Assembly (NCBI GenBank): GCA_035502455.1
Contig: DATJUI010000015.1
Coordinates: forward strand, 50,249-114,248
Origin: Thermoplasmata archaeon
GTDB lineage: Archaea > Thermoplasmatota > Thermoplasmata > Lutacidiplasmatales > UBA184
Reading direction: 5' to 3'
Length of the DNA stretch: 64,000 nt
Shown here: in pieces, positions 27,995 through 37,541 of the stretch
Layout of the letters: every line of letters begins with the position of its first letter
Numbering within the stretch: the first letter of the stretch is position 1
Notes under the pieces: model-generated
What the model was told of the DNA's origin: nothing
Databases searched by the model: none
Seen by the model: the letters and a program-made list of their open reading frames with translations, nothing else
Translations under genes and position numbers: made by a program

Positions 27995-28519
27995 GTGACC
28001 GAACTGGACGCGTTACGAACGTTCTATCGCTACAATGCCAGGGTCCGACGCCGGTACCTGGCCGCGATCCTCGCCCTGCCTCCGGCCGAACGATTGAAGG
28101 ATCGAGGGGCCTCGTATCCCTCGCTCCAGGAGGTCTTCGTTCATGTTCTGGATGGGATCTTCTGGTGGTTGCAGTACGTCGCTCAGGACCGGACGAGCGA
28201 GGCCGAGCAGCTCCCGGCCCGCGAGCTGACCCCCGATCGGTTGGGCGCGGAACTAGCCCGGGCCGAACGGCTGGCGACGGAGTACCTGGACTCGCTCGAG
28301 GAGAGTGACCTTTCCGAAGAGATGGTTTGCCACCTCACCGAGGGCGGGAGCAGCTCCGAAGCGCGCTTCCCGATCGCCGACGTACTGTGGCATCTCGTGG
28401 AAGAAGAGCTCCAGCACCGGGGAGAGCTCAACGCCTTGCTCTGGCAGATGAACGTTGACCCTCCGATCGCCACGGTCGAGGACTGGAACGCGTCGAAGGG
28501 GACGGCGCTTCCCGGGTGA
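27995..28519 (+). CDS. DinB/YfiT-family protein
   Basis: YRYN, SLQEVFVHVL and LWHLVEEELQHRGEL..LL.Q....PP; probable start GTG 27995. Confidence 0.85.
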   Translation: MTELDALRTFYRYNARVRRRYLAAILALPPAERLKDRGASYPSLQEVFVHVLDGIFWWLQYVAQDRTSEAEQLPARELTPDRLGAELARAERLATEYLDSLEESDLSEEMVCHLTEGGSSSEARFPIADVLWHLVEEELQHRGELNALLWQMNVDPPIATVEDWNASKGTALPG

Positions 28520-28527
28520 CCTCGCTC

Positions 28528-29109
28528 TCAACCCATCTGCGACACCGATCCCGGGGCGTGGGGTGCGCCCGCACGGGGTAGGGCCGGACGGTTCCCGCAG
28601 GTTGAAGCCGAGCGGAGGGACTGGACCGAGTACGAGGACAGGTGAGGAGTCTCGGCACCGCTACGGTCGAGGATGGAGAACCTCGCGGCCGATACCTTGG
28701 AAGTTCGATCGCTCTTCGGCCGGCAGTCATCGCAGGAAGGAGGCGGCTGTTCGCCTCCGCTGGGACCGAATCGGCCAGGGCGGTCCACGGCGGATCCTGA
28801 GCCACCGCGAAGCAGCTCGTTCGCACGCGATAGCTTTCGGTAGAAGCCCGGGCGTGCGCGGAATCCTCCAACCTTCACGGTCTCGCGGTCTACGATGTAG
28901 AACATGCGAAATCCGTTGACCTTCATCGCCCAAATAGAAAGGACGACCCCGGGAGGCGGAGATCGCGGCGATACCTCGTACCCCGGGCCGGAAGCGAACG
29001 GATCCCTCGCCATCCTTCGAATCCCCCGCTCGTCGACCGCCCGTACGTGCGGGGGCAGCGGAAAGAACTCCGGCGGGGCCCTGCGGTGACGAACGACCCG
29101 GAAGGGCAC
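28528..29109 (-). pseudogene. RelE/ParE-like toxin, probably degenerate; ORF runs ~90 codons past the expected domain end
   Basis: F.V..H..A..EF..LP..V......I..MA.DPF...W.MKV.GFRMFY.VD...VKV..F..R..FY fits the RelE pattern over ~95 aa; the tail looks non-coding. Confidence 0.55.
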
Positions 29110-29329
29110 GCTGCCGGCCCCGGGCCCGGCGGGTGCGAGACTCCGCGAGCATTCCCTCGACCGGCTCGAACTCCTCCGAACGGCAGCGTCGGTGGAGCTC
29201 CGCTCAATTCGGGCGGTTCGGATGAGCCGCCGATCGCATCACGACGACGTCGTCGTACGACTCCTCGCCGGATTTGAGCATCCCCGGAAGTTCTCGGGTC
29301 CGTCGACTGACCGCTCGCGTCGTGCCCAT
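29110..29329 (-). pseudogene. Antitoxin-like (RHH-type) gene interrupted by an in-frame TGA
   Basis: Reads MGTTRAVSRRTRELPGMLKSGEESYDDVV...PN*AELHRRCRSEEFEPVEGML; stop at 29204-29206; immediately upstream of the RelE-like ORF. Confidence 0.55.
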
Positions 29330-29382
29330 ACATCGAGACGCACGCTATAATGGAAATAACAGCGCGGACGGAGCCGGCGACA

Positions 29383-29457
29383 CGGGCGCGGAGGGATTTG
29401 AACCCTCGACCGCCGGGTTAGGAACCCGGTGCCCTATCCAAGCTAGGCTACGCGCCC
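29383..29457 (-). tRNA. tRNA-Arg (anticodon CCT), intronless, CCA not encoded
   Basis: Acceptor stem GGGCGCG/CGCGCCC, anticodon arm CCGGG-TTCCTAA-CCCGG, T arm GAGGG-TTCAAAT-CCCTC. Confidence 0.96.
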
Positions 29458-29483
29458 GATCCCGTCCGACCCTCGGCGGGTTA

Positions 29484-30545
29484 TCATGACTTCGCGACCG
29501 CGCGACGGTCGCCGGACAGGAGACGGTCGTAGCGGTGGTCCATCGGGGCGGAGAAGTCGGTCGCCGCCTCCTGGGCGATCTCGATCCCCTCGAGATGCTC
29601 GCGGATCGTCGGGAGGACGGGACGACGGGGCGCGCCGTCGGAGACGGCCGGGGAAGAGCCCCCCAGCGCCCCCAGCAACCACCGGTCCTCCCCGACCACG
29701 AAGAGGAACGGGTACACCCGCGATTCCCGCGTGAGCGCGGCGAACAGGAGCTCGGGCCGGGCCCCGGAGCGCGGCGAACCCGACAGCAGCACGACCTGGT
29801 CGCCGGATCGCCCGCGGTACGGGGGGAGCCGGGCCGGGTCGAGCAGGGTCCGGTGCGTGATCCATCCCTTCGCGAGCATCCGCCGCTGCGAGAACGGGAG
29901 GCCGAACGGCCCGACCAGGTGGGGGCCCTTACCCTGCGCCGGGGCCACGAACGGTCGGTCGAGCAGCTCGCCGACCGCCCACCGTTGGTGGGCGGTGATC
30001 GGCACGGGCGTCCCGTCGTCCCGCTCCTCGGGCAGCGCGCCCCCCAACCCGTGCGGGTACGCGAGCGTGCCGGAAAGGCCCGCGAGATGGCACCAGAGCC
30101 CCTCGAAGTCGAAGTAGACGGGGACGGTCGGGGCGTCCGAACGGACGGTGATCGCGAGCGGGTTCGCCGCGAGGCGGTCCGTCCCGAGCTTCTCGGTGAG
30201 CTTCGCGCCGTCCTGCGGGCGCGCGTGGAGGACGACCGCGATCCCGATCTGGGAGCCCGTCCAGAGCACCACGTTCCCGGGTTCCCGGGTGATCCGTTGG
30301 ACGAACTCCTCGAACCGGTCGACGTACGGCCGGGCCACGACGAACGTGGCGAACGGAAGACCGAGCCGGCCCGGATGCGGGACGTACCGGTCCCGCAGCC
30401 ACCCTTCCTCGTACGCCCGGCGGCGGACGGCGTGGTAGGTCGACCGGGGGATCCCGACCTGGTGGAGTCGCTCCCGCTCCCGATCCGGCCGCGCGGCGAG
30501 GAGCACCGCGATCACGCGGGCCTCGGAGTCGGTCAGCGCCCGCAC
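29484..30545 (-). CDS. Hypothetical protein, possibly a divergent tandem Lrp/AsnC-like regulator
   Basis: LTDSEARVIAVL...GIPRSTY..VRRRAYEEGWL..RYVPHP.RLG, with a second similar half (RRMLAKGWI..RTLLDPARL). Confidence 0.55.
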   Translation of the reverse strand: MRALTDSEARVIAVLLAARPDRERERLHQVGIPRSTYHAVRRRAYEEGWLRDRYVPHPGRLGLPFATFVVARPYVDRFEEFVQRITREPGNVVLWTGSQIGIAVVLHARPQDGAKLTEKLGTDRLAANPLAITVRSDAPTVPVYFDFEGLWCHLAGLSGTLAYPHGLGGALPEERDDGTPVPITAHQRWAVGELLDRPFVAPAQGKGPHLVGPFGLPFSQRRMLAKGWITHRTLLDPARLPPYRGRSGDQVVLLSGSPRSGARPELLFAALTRESRVYPFLFVVGEDRWLLGALGGSSPAVSDGAPRRPVLPTIREHLEGIEIAQEAATDFSAPMDHRYDRLLSGDRRAVAKS

Positions 30546-30677
30546 TGGGAAGGCTCCCTCCGGTTGCGACGGTCTAGCACGCGGTCCAACGCCCCGAACG
30601 GGGCGCGGAACTTTGCTTTAAGCGGTCCGCGCCGCATCGACGGCCCGAGTCGGGCCGGTAGGGGGCGGAACGCATCC

Positions 30678-32117
30678 ATGGCGCAGGTGGGCCGGGGCAT
30701 CACGGTGGCGGTCGCGCTACTGGTCGGGGTCCTCATGGTCTTTGTCCTCCCCGCGTCGGCGGCCGCCCCCGGCGCGTCCGCGTCCCCGTACGCGGCGGGT
30801 TCGACGTGGGCGTACGGCGGGGTGAAGACGGTCACCTACTCCGGAGCGGTCGGCAGCTGGCAGTACGTCGGCCAGGCGACCTTCGGATACTCCGTCCTTC
30901 TCGAAGAGAACTCGAGCAGCTCCCCGTTCGAGGTCTACGTCGACCGGACGATGGGGGCGCTCGTCACGACCGAGTTCTGCACCCCGAGCTGCGACCACCC
31001 GACCGACGCGGCGAACCTCACCTACCACACGTGGGAGACCGAGCAGGCCTGGGCGAACTTCACGACCGCGGGGTCGGTGACCGAAGGCTCGGCCTCGGTC
31101 GCCGCGATCGCCCTCGAGAACTCGCACGCGGTGGTCAACGGCTCCCTGACCGAGTCGTCGACGTCCGATCTCGCGGGCGTCGACCGGGCCCGGACGCTCA
31201 ACGTGACCGTCGGCGGCGACTCGAACGTCTCGTTCGACACTCCCCTCGGGCTGCTGCCGCTCTCGCTCTCCGCGGGCACCGGGCAGAGCTGGTCGTCGAC
31301 GAGCGCGTTCGCGGCCTCGGGCGGTTCGTCGTGGGCGCTCGTCTACACCGTGGTCGGACCGGCGGGCGGGATCGTCTCGGTCGCCCGCTCGGGAAACGGG
31401 ACGGTCAACTCGACGGGCGAGGTGGGCCTCGTCGGTATGTACGCGCCGGGCCAGTCGTTCTCGTACAACGGCACGACCTACCCCGCGGTGGCGATCCAGG
31501 TGACCGGACCGTTCGCGGTGCGCGAAGGGTTCATCTTCCTGCCGTCGGGCTCCGACCTCTTCGGCACGTCGGCCCAGCCGTGGAGCGGGAACCAGTCGGG
31601 CGCCGCGACGGCGTCGCTCGAGTTCGTCGACGCCCTCCCGTTCGTCGCGGGCCACTTGGGTCTCGTGGCGTCGGCGTGGCAGTACGCCCCGACCGCCTCG
31701 TTCGATACGGCCGCCCTCCAACCGGCCGGCCCCGACGGACCGGTCGCCGACGCGGCGCCGGTGAACGTCTCGCCGTCGCCGACGACCGTGCAGGGGCAGC
31801 CGCAGTCCCCCAACGATGCGGAGCAGGACCACAACTGCCTCGTCAACGGCCAGGGCTGCCCCTCGGCCGCGACGCAACCCGGCCCGGGTCCGTCGCTCCA
31901 TGGGCTGTTCGGCTACCTCCTGGTCGCGGTCGTCCTCGGGGCGATCATCGGGGCGGTCGTGGTCGTGGACCGCCGCCGGGTGCCGCCGCCGCAGTACCCC
32001 AACGCGGCGCTCTATCCCCCCGGCGAGAGCGGATCCACGGACCGCCCGACCGGGGCGCCGGCCCCGTCGGCGCCGGAGCCGCCGCCCGAGGACGACCCGC
32101 TCAGCCACCTGTGGTAG
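30678..32117 (+). CDS. Secreted, C-terminally membrane-anchored beta-rich protein
   Basis: Signal peptide, Ser/Thr/Gly-rich body with Cys pairs, TM helix, Pro-rich cytoplasmic tail ending DDPLSHLW. Confidence 0.8.
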   Translation: MAQVGRGITVAVALLVGVLMVFVLPASAAAPGASASPYAAGSTWAYGGVKTVTYSGAVGSWQYVGQATFGYSVLLEENSSSSPFEVYVDRTMGALVTTEFCTPSCDHPTDAANLTYHTWETEQAWANFTTAGSVTEGSASVAAIALENSHAVVNGSLTESSTSDLAGVDRARTLNVTVGGDSNVSFDTPLGLLPLSLSAGTGQSWSSTSAFAASGGSSWALVYTVVGPAGGIVSVARSGNGTVNSTGEVGLVGMYAPGQSFSYNGTTYPAVAIQVTGPFAVREGFIFLPSGSDLFGTSAQPWSGNQSGAATASLEFVDALPFVAGHLGLVASAWQYAPTASFDTAALQPAGPDGPVADAAPVNVSPSPTTVQGQPQSPNDAEQDHNCLVNGQGCPSAATQPGPGPSLHGLFGYLLVAVVLGAIIGAVVVVDRRRVPPPQYPNAALYPPGESGSTDRPTGAPAPSAPEPPPEDDPLSHLW

Positions 32118-33417
32118 GCGCGGATCCGGGCGACGCCCCCGAGCGCGGGGGCACCGCGCGAGTGGCGAGCGGGTAGCGCAGGATCGCGGCGACCCCCTGG
32201 AACGCCTTCTGGAGCATCTCGCCCTCCTCGCTCTCCGTGGAGATCAGCCGGACGGTGGCGCCGGACTCCGCGGCGCGCCGGAACAGGCTCTCCACGAAGT
32301 CCTCGCGGCGCGCCTCGGTGAGCGACCGCTGGCCGCAGTGCGGGCACGGGCCGTCGAGGACGGCGTCGATCGCGTCGTCGGCGAGCGTGCGCACGAACTC
32401 CTGCTGGCACGCGGTGCAGCGGAAGGTGACGCGGTGCTGGCGGATCCCTTCGGAGATGAGCAGCGTGTCGACGGCGCCCGCGTCGAGCGCCCGGTTGACG
32501 TCGACCTCGCCGTAGGCGGCGAGCCCGCTCTCGGCCTTACGGATCTCGGCGAGCAGCCGCTGGATGATCCGCTTCTCCTCGGTGATCTCGAGCCCATGGA
32601 GGGTCTGGGTCGCCTTCTCCACGAGCTCGCGGAGGCCGTACTCGTCGGTGTAGCCGGTGTCGAACAGCGGCTGGACGACCTTCGCCTGCAGCTCGTGGTG
32701 GAGGTACCCTTCCTTGTAGAAGTACTCCTTCGTGGCGCCGGGCCCGCCGAGCAGGATCCCCTTGAGCTCGTCCTTGCGCGGCAGGAACAGCTCGCCCGCG
32801 ATCTCGCCGATGCGCACGAAGAACTCGTGGGCGGCGTGCTCGATCATCCGCTCGAACCGGTGGGCCGACTGGCCGCCCCGCCCGTGCTTGCTCGGCACCT
32901 GCGACTGGCGGTTCCGCAGCGGCTCCACGCGCTTGCCGCGGAGCAGGCCGAGGGTGACCTCCGCCCGGTCCATCACGATCAGTCCCCAGACGTCCGGTTC
33001 GTGGACCATCGCCAGGAGCGGGTCGAGGAAGAACGTCGAGTCGCAGCGGTAGAGGTAGGTGTTGAGCGGCTCGGGCGGCTCGACGATGAACGTCACGGGC
33101 TCCGACTTGTCGGCGCCCACCGCGCGGCTGCCGACGAAGAAGGCGACGCCGTGCGGCGGCGCCTCCCGGTACGCCCGGACGCGGCCCATGATCGACTCGA
33201 TCGCCCACATGACGTTCTTGCGGGTCGTGCGGCTCTTGATGTTCGAGCTCTGGGCGTACTCGTTGCGGAGGTACGCCATGACGTCCGAGATCTGCTTGCC
33301 CGGCGGCACGTAGAGCGAGATCAGCTCGGTCGCGCGCCCGCGGCACGCCGCGATCTCATCGAGCTTGCGCTGGAACGAGTAGCGGGCCAGCTGCAGCTCG
33401 GCGGACGGGAGGCTCAT
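32101..33417 (-). CDS. prf1: Peptide chain release factor aRF1
   Basis: TELISLYVP, NIKS, YRCD..F, GGQSA.RF and a CxxC...CxxC minidomain. Confidence 0.96.
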   Translation of the reverse strand: MSLPSAELQLARYSFQRKLDEIAACRGRATELISLYVPPGKQISDVMAYLRNEYAQSSNIKSRTTRKNVMWAIESIMGRVRAYREAPPHGVAFFVGSRAVGADKSEPVTFIVEPPEPLNTYLYRCDSTFFLDPLLAMVHEPDVWGLIVMDRAEVTLGLLRGKRVEPLRNRQSQVPSKHGRGGQSAHRFERMIEHAAHEFFVRIGEIAGELFLPRKDELKGILLGGPGATKEYFYKEGYLHHELQAKVVQPLFDTGYTDEYGLRELVEKATQTLHGLEITEEKRIIQRLLAEIRKAESGLAAYGEVDVNRALDAGAVDTLLISEGIRQHRVTFRCTACQQEFVRTLADDAIDAVLDGPCPHCGQRSLTEARREDFVESLFRRAAESGATVRLISTESEEGEMLQKAFQGVAAILRYPLATRAVPPRSGASPGSAPTTGG

Positions 33418-33509
33418 CGCGCCCCCCGGCTCGACGGAGAAACCGGGCTCGGGGCTCGCTGCGCGCCCACCGGTCCCGCCGGCCGGCGCCCGTCCCCCGG
33501 GCGGGAGAG

Positions 33510-33827
33510 TCAGAGAAGACGGCGGATGTGCTCGTCGATGACCTCTTCGGGGTACGCGCCCACGATCCGGTCGACGAGCTTGCCCTGCTTGTAGAACAGC
33601 AGCGTGGGGATGCTCATGATGCCGAGCGCCCCCGCCTTGTCGCCGTTGTCGTCCGAGTTCATCTTGCCGAACGCGACCTGGCCCTGGTACTTCTGGCTGA
33701 GCCGGTCGACGATCGGCGAGACCATCCGGCACGGCCCGCACCACGGCGCCCAGATGTCGACCACGACCGCGCCGTTCTCCTGCGCGAACTTGTCGAAGTT
33801 GCTACTGCCGATCTCTTGAACGGACAT
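33510..33827 (-). CDS. trxA: Thioredoxin
   Basis: WAPWCGPC and SIPT. Confidence 0.95.
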   Translation of the reverse strand: MSVQEIGSSNFDKFAQENGAVVVDIWAPWCGPCRMVSPIVDRLSQKYQGQVAFGKMNSDDNGDKAGALGIMSIPTLLFYKQGKLVDRIVGAYPEEVIDEHIRRLL

Positions 33828-33994
33828 GGAGTCCCACGGCGAGGGAAGGCGTGCGCGTCTATTTTATGGTTCACGGAAGCGGGCGTAAGTTTCCGGCGGG
33901 ACCGGCCGCCTCCGGCGCGTCCGGTCGCGGCGCGCGCGCCGGCCCCCCTCGACCCCCCCAAGCGTCTTTGTAGAGCCGGCGCCTCTCCTCGCCC

Positions 33995-34813
33995 GTGACG
34001 TACGCACCCGCGGGCGGTGCGACGGGCGACGGGTTCCCCGCCCCGACGGGCGAGGCGGTGCCCGCGCTCGTGCGCGGCTCCCGGCGGCCGGCGCTGCTGA
34101 CGCCGTCCGCCCGCAAGGGGATCCGGCAGCGGATGCTGCGGTTCCGCCAGGCCGCGCTCGATCGGATCGTCGCGCTCACCGGCGTCGCGCCCGCCGAGCT
34201 GCAGCGGTTCCGGCGCGAGCTGCGCGAGAGCGACCTCCCCGACGTGCTCATCCAGCGCGGTGCCGGCGAGGCGTTCGCCCGGGAGCTGCCGCAGGGCGCG
34301 CTCCTCTACCTGCTCGTGCGGGCGCTGCGGCCGACGTACGTGGTCGAGACCGGGGTGCGCCCGGGCTACTCGACCGCCTGGATCCTGGCGGCGCTCGACG
34401 CGGAGGCGAACGGATCGCTGACCTCGGTGGGCCCGGGTCCCACGGCGGGCCGCAACCTCGGGGTGCGCGACGTCACCGTGGGACAGTTCGTCCCGCCCGC
34501 GCTGCGGGGCCGTTGGACCCTCGCGCTCGGGAACACCGAAGAGCGCGTCCGGGAGATCCTCGACCGCGCCCGGCACGTCGACCTGTTCTTCTACGACAAC
34601 GGACCCGACGCGGACCGGGCCCGGTTCGAGCTTCGGGCCGGCTGGGAGTCGCTCTCCGAGCGGGGGATCGTGCTGGCGCACCACGTGGAGGCGAACGCGG
34701 CGTGGGCCGACTTCTGCCGCTGGCAGGGACTGTCGCCCCAGCTGTTCGACCCCGGACCGCCGCCGATGGGCGCGCTCGGGGTCCGCGCGACGGCCCGCGC
34801 GCGGACGCGCTAG
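33995..34813 (+). CDS. Class I SAM-dependent methyltransferase (Methyltransf_24-like)
   Basis: LYLLVRALRP.YVVETGV..GYSTAWILAAL and VDLFFYD. Confidence 0.78.
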   Translation: MTYAPAGGATGDGFPAPTGEAVPALVRGSRRPALLTPSARKGIRQRMLRFRQAALDRIVALTGVAPAELQRFRRELRESDLPDVLIQRGAGEAFARELPQGALLYLLVRALRPTYVVETGVRPGYSTAWILAALDAEANGSLTSVGPGPTAGRNLGVRDVTVGQFVPPALRGRWTLALGNTEERVREILDRARHVDLFFYDNGPDADRARFELRAGWESLSERGIVLAHHVEANAAWADFCRWQGLSPQLFDPGPPPMGALGVRATARARTR

Positions 34814-35331
34814 CGCTCGAGCTCCTCGACCAGGTGGATCGCGGCGGGGACGATCAGCTTCTCGACCGCCGTGCGCACCGCGCGCTCGCTGCCCGGCAGC
34901 GCGAAGACCGGCTTTCCGTTGAGGACGAACAGCGAGGCTCGGCTGATGATCGCGAGCGGCCCCACCTCCTGGAAGCTCAGGGCCCGGTAGATCTCCCCGA
35001 ACCCCTCGAGCCGCTTGCCGCCCATCGTCTCGAGCGCCGTGACCGTGAGGTCGCGCGAGCTCACGCCGGTCCCGCCCACGGTGACGGCCGCCTCGACCCC
35101 GACGTCCTTCAGCCACGGGTCGAGGGCGTCGCGCACGTCGGCGACCGAGTTCGCGACCAGCCGGTAGTGCACGACCTGGTGGCCGCCGTGCTGGAGCAGC
35201 GCGCGCGCGAGGTGACCGGACGGATCGTCGTCCTCGGTGTGGGTGTCGGAGACCGACAGCACCCCGAAGCCGAGCGCCCGGGTGCCGCCGAGGTGGTGGC
35301 GCGACGTGGCCTGGGGCGGAGCGTCGGTCAT
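34810..35331 (-). CDS. moaB: Molybdenum cofactor biosynthesis protein MoaB/Mog
   Basis: LSVSDT, D.SG, GGTGVSSRDLT, GFGE and FALPGS. Confidence 0.9.
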   Translation of the reverse strand: MTDAPPQATSRHHLGGTRALGFGVLSVSDTHTEDDDPSGHLARALLQHGGHQVVHYRLVANSVADVRDALDPWLKDVGVEAAVTVGGTGVSSRDLTVTALETMGGKRLEGFGEIYRALSFQEVGPLAIISRASLFVLNGKPVFALPGSERAVRTAVEKLIVPAAIHLVEELER

Positions 35332-35777
35332 GGGGTGCGGATCGCCTGCTTCTCCTTGCGCACCACGCGCACGGGCCCGAGGGCGGTGTGCGGGTAGAGC
35401 CCCCGCGCATCCTTCTCGAGGTACTTGACCATGTCCCATACGGTGAGCAGCGCGACGGTGGCGCCGACGAGCGCCTCCATCTCGACGCCGGTCGGGCCGA
35501 TCGACTCCGCCTCCACGCGGACGCGCACCCCGCGACGCGAGGGGCCGATCGTCACGGCGCTCGACGTGAGCGGGACGATGTGGCAGTGCGGGACCAGCTC
35601 CGCCGTGCGCTTCATCGCGAGCAGTCCGGCGACCTCGCCGGTCGCGATCGGGTCGCCCTTCGCCACCCGGCGCTGTGCGATCGCGCGGCGGGTGGCGGCC
35701 CCGAGGGCGAGCTCGCCGTCGACGACCGCCGTGCGGTGGACCGGGGGCTTCGCCCCGACGTCGCGCTGCCGGGCCAT
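35328..35777 (-). CDS. moaC: Cyclic pyranopterin monophosphate synthase
   Basis: KGDP, KRT.ELVPHCH, TGVEMEAL and WDMVK. Confidence 0.92.
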   Translation of the reverse strand: MARQRDVGAKPPVHRTAVVDGELALGAATRRAIAQRRVAKGDPIATGEVAGLLAMKRTAELVPHCHIVPLTSSAVTIGPSRRGVRVRVEAESIGPTGVEMEALVGATVALLTVWDMVKYLEKDARGLYPHTALGPVRVVRKEKQAIRTP

Positions 35778-35782
35778 CCGGG

Positions 35783-36769
35783 TCAGCTCCCGGCCGCCGG
35801 CGCGCCGGCGGCGAGATGGGCGAGCACCGCCTCGAGCTGGACCCGCTCCGAGGCGCCCTGCGCGAGCCGGAAGTCGACCTCGCCGAGGTACTCGACGAGG
35901 CGGATCTTGTCGCGCTCGGGGAGGAGCTCCGGGCTCAGGTCGGGGAGATACCCGTGGATGGCGTGCAGGATCTCCTCGCCGCTCGCCCCCCGGTCCGTGA
36001 GGAGCGCGTAGAGACGCTCGCGCGCCTCGCCGAAGCGGCCCGAGAGGGCGGCCCCGAGCATCGCCTCGACCTCGCGGCGCAGCGGGACCGTGGCGTACTC
36101 CTTCACCGTCTCGGGGGTGACGGTGTCCGAGTGGGTCGCGGTGAGCTGGAGCAGGTTCACCGCCCGTCGCATGTCGCCCGCCCCGGCCGTGACGAGCGTC
36201 GCGAGGGCGTCCGGCGTGATCCGCTTGCCCTCCGCCTTCGCGATCCGCTCGAGCTGCGTGCGGATCGCCTCGGGCGAGTAGCCGCGGAAGCGGAAGACCG
36301 CGCACCGCGACTGGATCGGGTCGATGATCCGGGACGAGTAGTTGCACGAGAGGATGAACCGGCACGAACCGGAATACCGCTCCATCAGGCGGCGGAGGGC
36401 GGCCTGCGCGTCCGAGGTGAGGTTGTCGGCCTCGTCCAAAAAGAGGATCTTGAACCCGACCTCCCCGATCGGGGCGGTCCGGGCGTACTCCTTGATCGTC
36501 GTCCGGACCGTGTCGATCCCGCGGGTGTCCGAGCTGTTGAGCTCGAGGAAGTTCTGCCGCCACTCGGCGCCGTAGAGGTCGTGCGCGAGCGCGAGCGCCG
36601 CGGTCGTCTTGCCGGCGCCGGGCGGTCCCGCGAACAGGAGATGGGGCATCGAGCGCTTCGCGGCGTACGCCCGGAGGAACGGGACGATCGACTCCTGGCC
36701 GACCATCTCCGCGAGCGACGTCGGCCGGTACTTCTCGACCCAGACGGCCTCGGTCGCGCGGTCCGGCAT
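35783..36769 (-). CDS. rfcS: Replication factor C small subunit
   Basis: WVEKYRP, GPPGAGKTT, LELNSSD.RGID, LDEAD and IQSRC; no intein. Confidence 0.96.
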   Translation of the reverse strand: MPDRATEAVWVEKYRPTSLAEMVGQESIVPFLRAYAAKRSMPHLLFAGPPGAGKTTAALALAHDLYGAEWRQNFLELNSSDTRGIDTVRTTIKEYARTAPIGEVGFKILFLDEADNLTSDAQAALRRLMERYSGSCRFILSCNYSSRIIDPIQSRCAVFRFRGYSPEAIRTQLERIAKAEGKRITPDALATLVTAGAGDMRRAVNLLQLTATHSDTVTPETVKEYATVPLRREVEAMLGAALSGRFGEARERLYALLTDRGASGEEILHAIHGYLPDLSPELLPERDKIRLVEYLGEVDFRLAQGASERVQLEAVLAHLAAGAPAAGS

Positions 36770-36807
36770 GAGCTCCGCGGCCGGTCTCCCGACCCGGGTA
36801 CTTAGGT

Positions 36808-37239
36808 TTAGCGCGGCGGGGGCGCCCCGCCCGCGGCGAACCGGCGCTCGTCCCGGCGGTGCCGACGGACCGCCTCCGCGAGGATCCGGCCGTACTGGCC
36901 GAGCGCCTGTCGATGCCCGCCGTGGTCCTCGGCGTCGACGACCGCGAAGAGCCCGCCGAGCTGATCGATCGAACCGAGGAACCAGGCGTGGTCCGAGCGC
37001 AGCCGCGCGGCGAGCTCCCGCTGCGCTCGCGGGGCCGACGGGCCGGGGTCCGGCACCTCCGTTTGCATGTGAGCGGCGAGGATCGACCGCGCGGCCCCCA
37101 CGGCGGCGCGAAGATCGTCGAGCGCGTACGCTTCCAGCAGGACCAGCCGAAGGCTCCAGGACTCGAGCCAGTCGACCGCCTCGTCGAACCCCGGGGGCGG
37201 GGGAGGGAGCGGCGGCGCCGCGTGCGCCGAGTCGTCCAC
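36808..37239 (-). CDS. Hypothetical helical protein, hemerythrin-like
   Basis: H...E, L..DH and H..DE spaced on predicted helices; host-like codon usage. Confidence 0.45.
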   Translation of the reverse strand: MDDSAHAAPPLPPPPPGFDEAVDWLESWSLRLVLLEAYALDDLRAAVGAARSILAAHMQTEVPDPGPSAPRAQRELAARLRSDHAWFLGSIDQLGGLFAVVDAEDHGGHRQALGQYGRILAEAVRRHRRDERRFAAGGAPPPR

Positions 37240-37541
37240 GCCCCCGGCCGGCGGCGCGAGGGGGTAACGGTTGCGCCGCCGTGCGCTCGCTCACCGGAAG
37301 TGAGCTTCGCGGGTGGTGTCTCGGGGTGCGTCCGGGGCATCCCCCACCAAGCGATCTCCCGATCGATGAACGCCCTCGTCCCCCGACCGCTGACCGAGCT
37401 GCCCGCGCTGACCCGAACGAACTTCGCCCGCTCGCCCGTCGAGAGCGGACGCCCGGCCCTTCTCCCGCGCGCCGGCGCGCGGGCGCCGCGCGCGGCGGAC
37501 CGGCGGACCCGCCGGCTCTGGAGCGAGTTCCTGGCACCGCT

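Noticed and set aside
28560..28800. Possible transposase remnant (RRDWTEY followed by TGA)
   Set aside because: Too short; no DDE motif, terminal inverted repeats or target duplication seen.
29204..29206. In-frame TGA as selenocysteine or programmed readthrough
   Set aside because: Not a redox-motif context, no SECIS-like element seen, and the surrounding frame shows other decay.
37240..37541. SRP RNA or RNase P RNA in the long spacer
   Set aside because: The SRP helix-8 and RNase P GAGGAAAGTCC-type signatures were not found on either strand.
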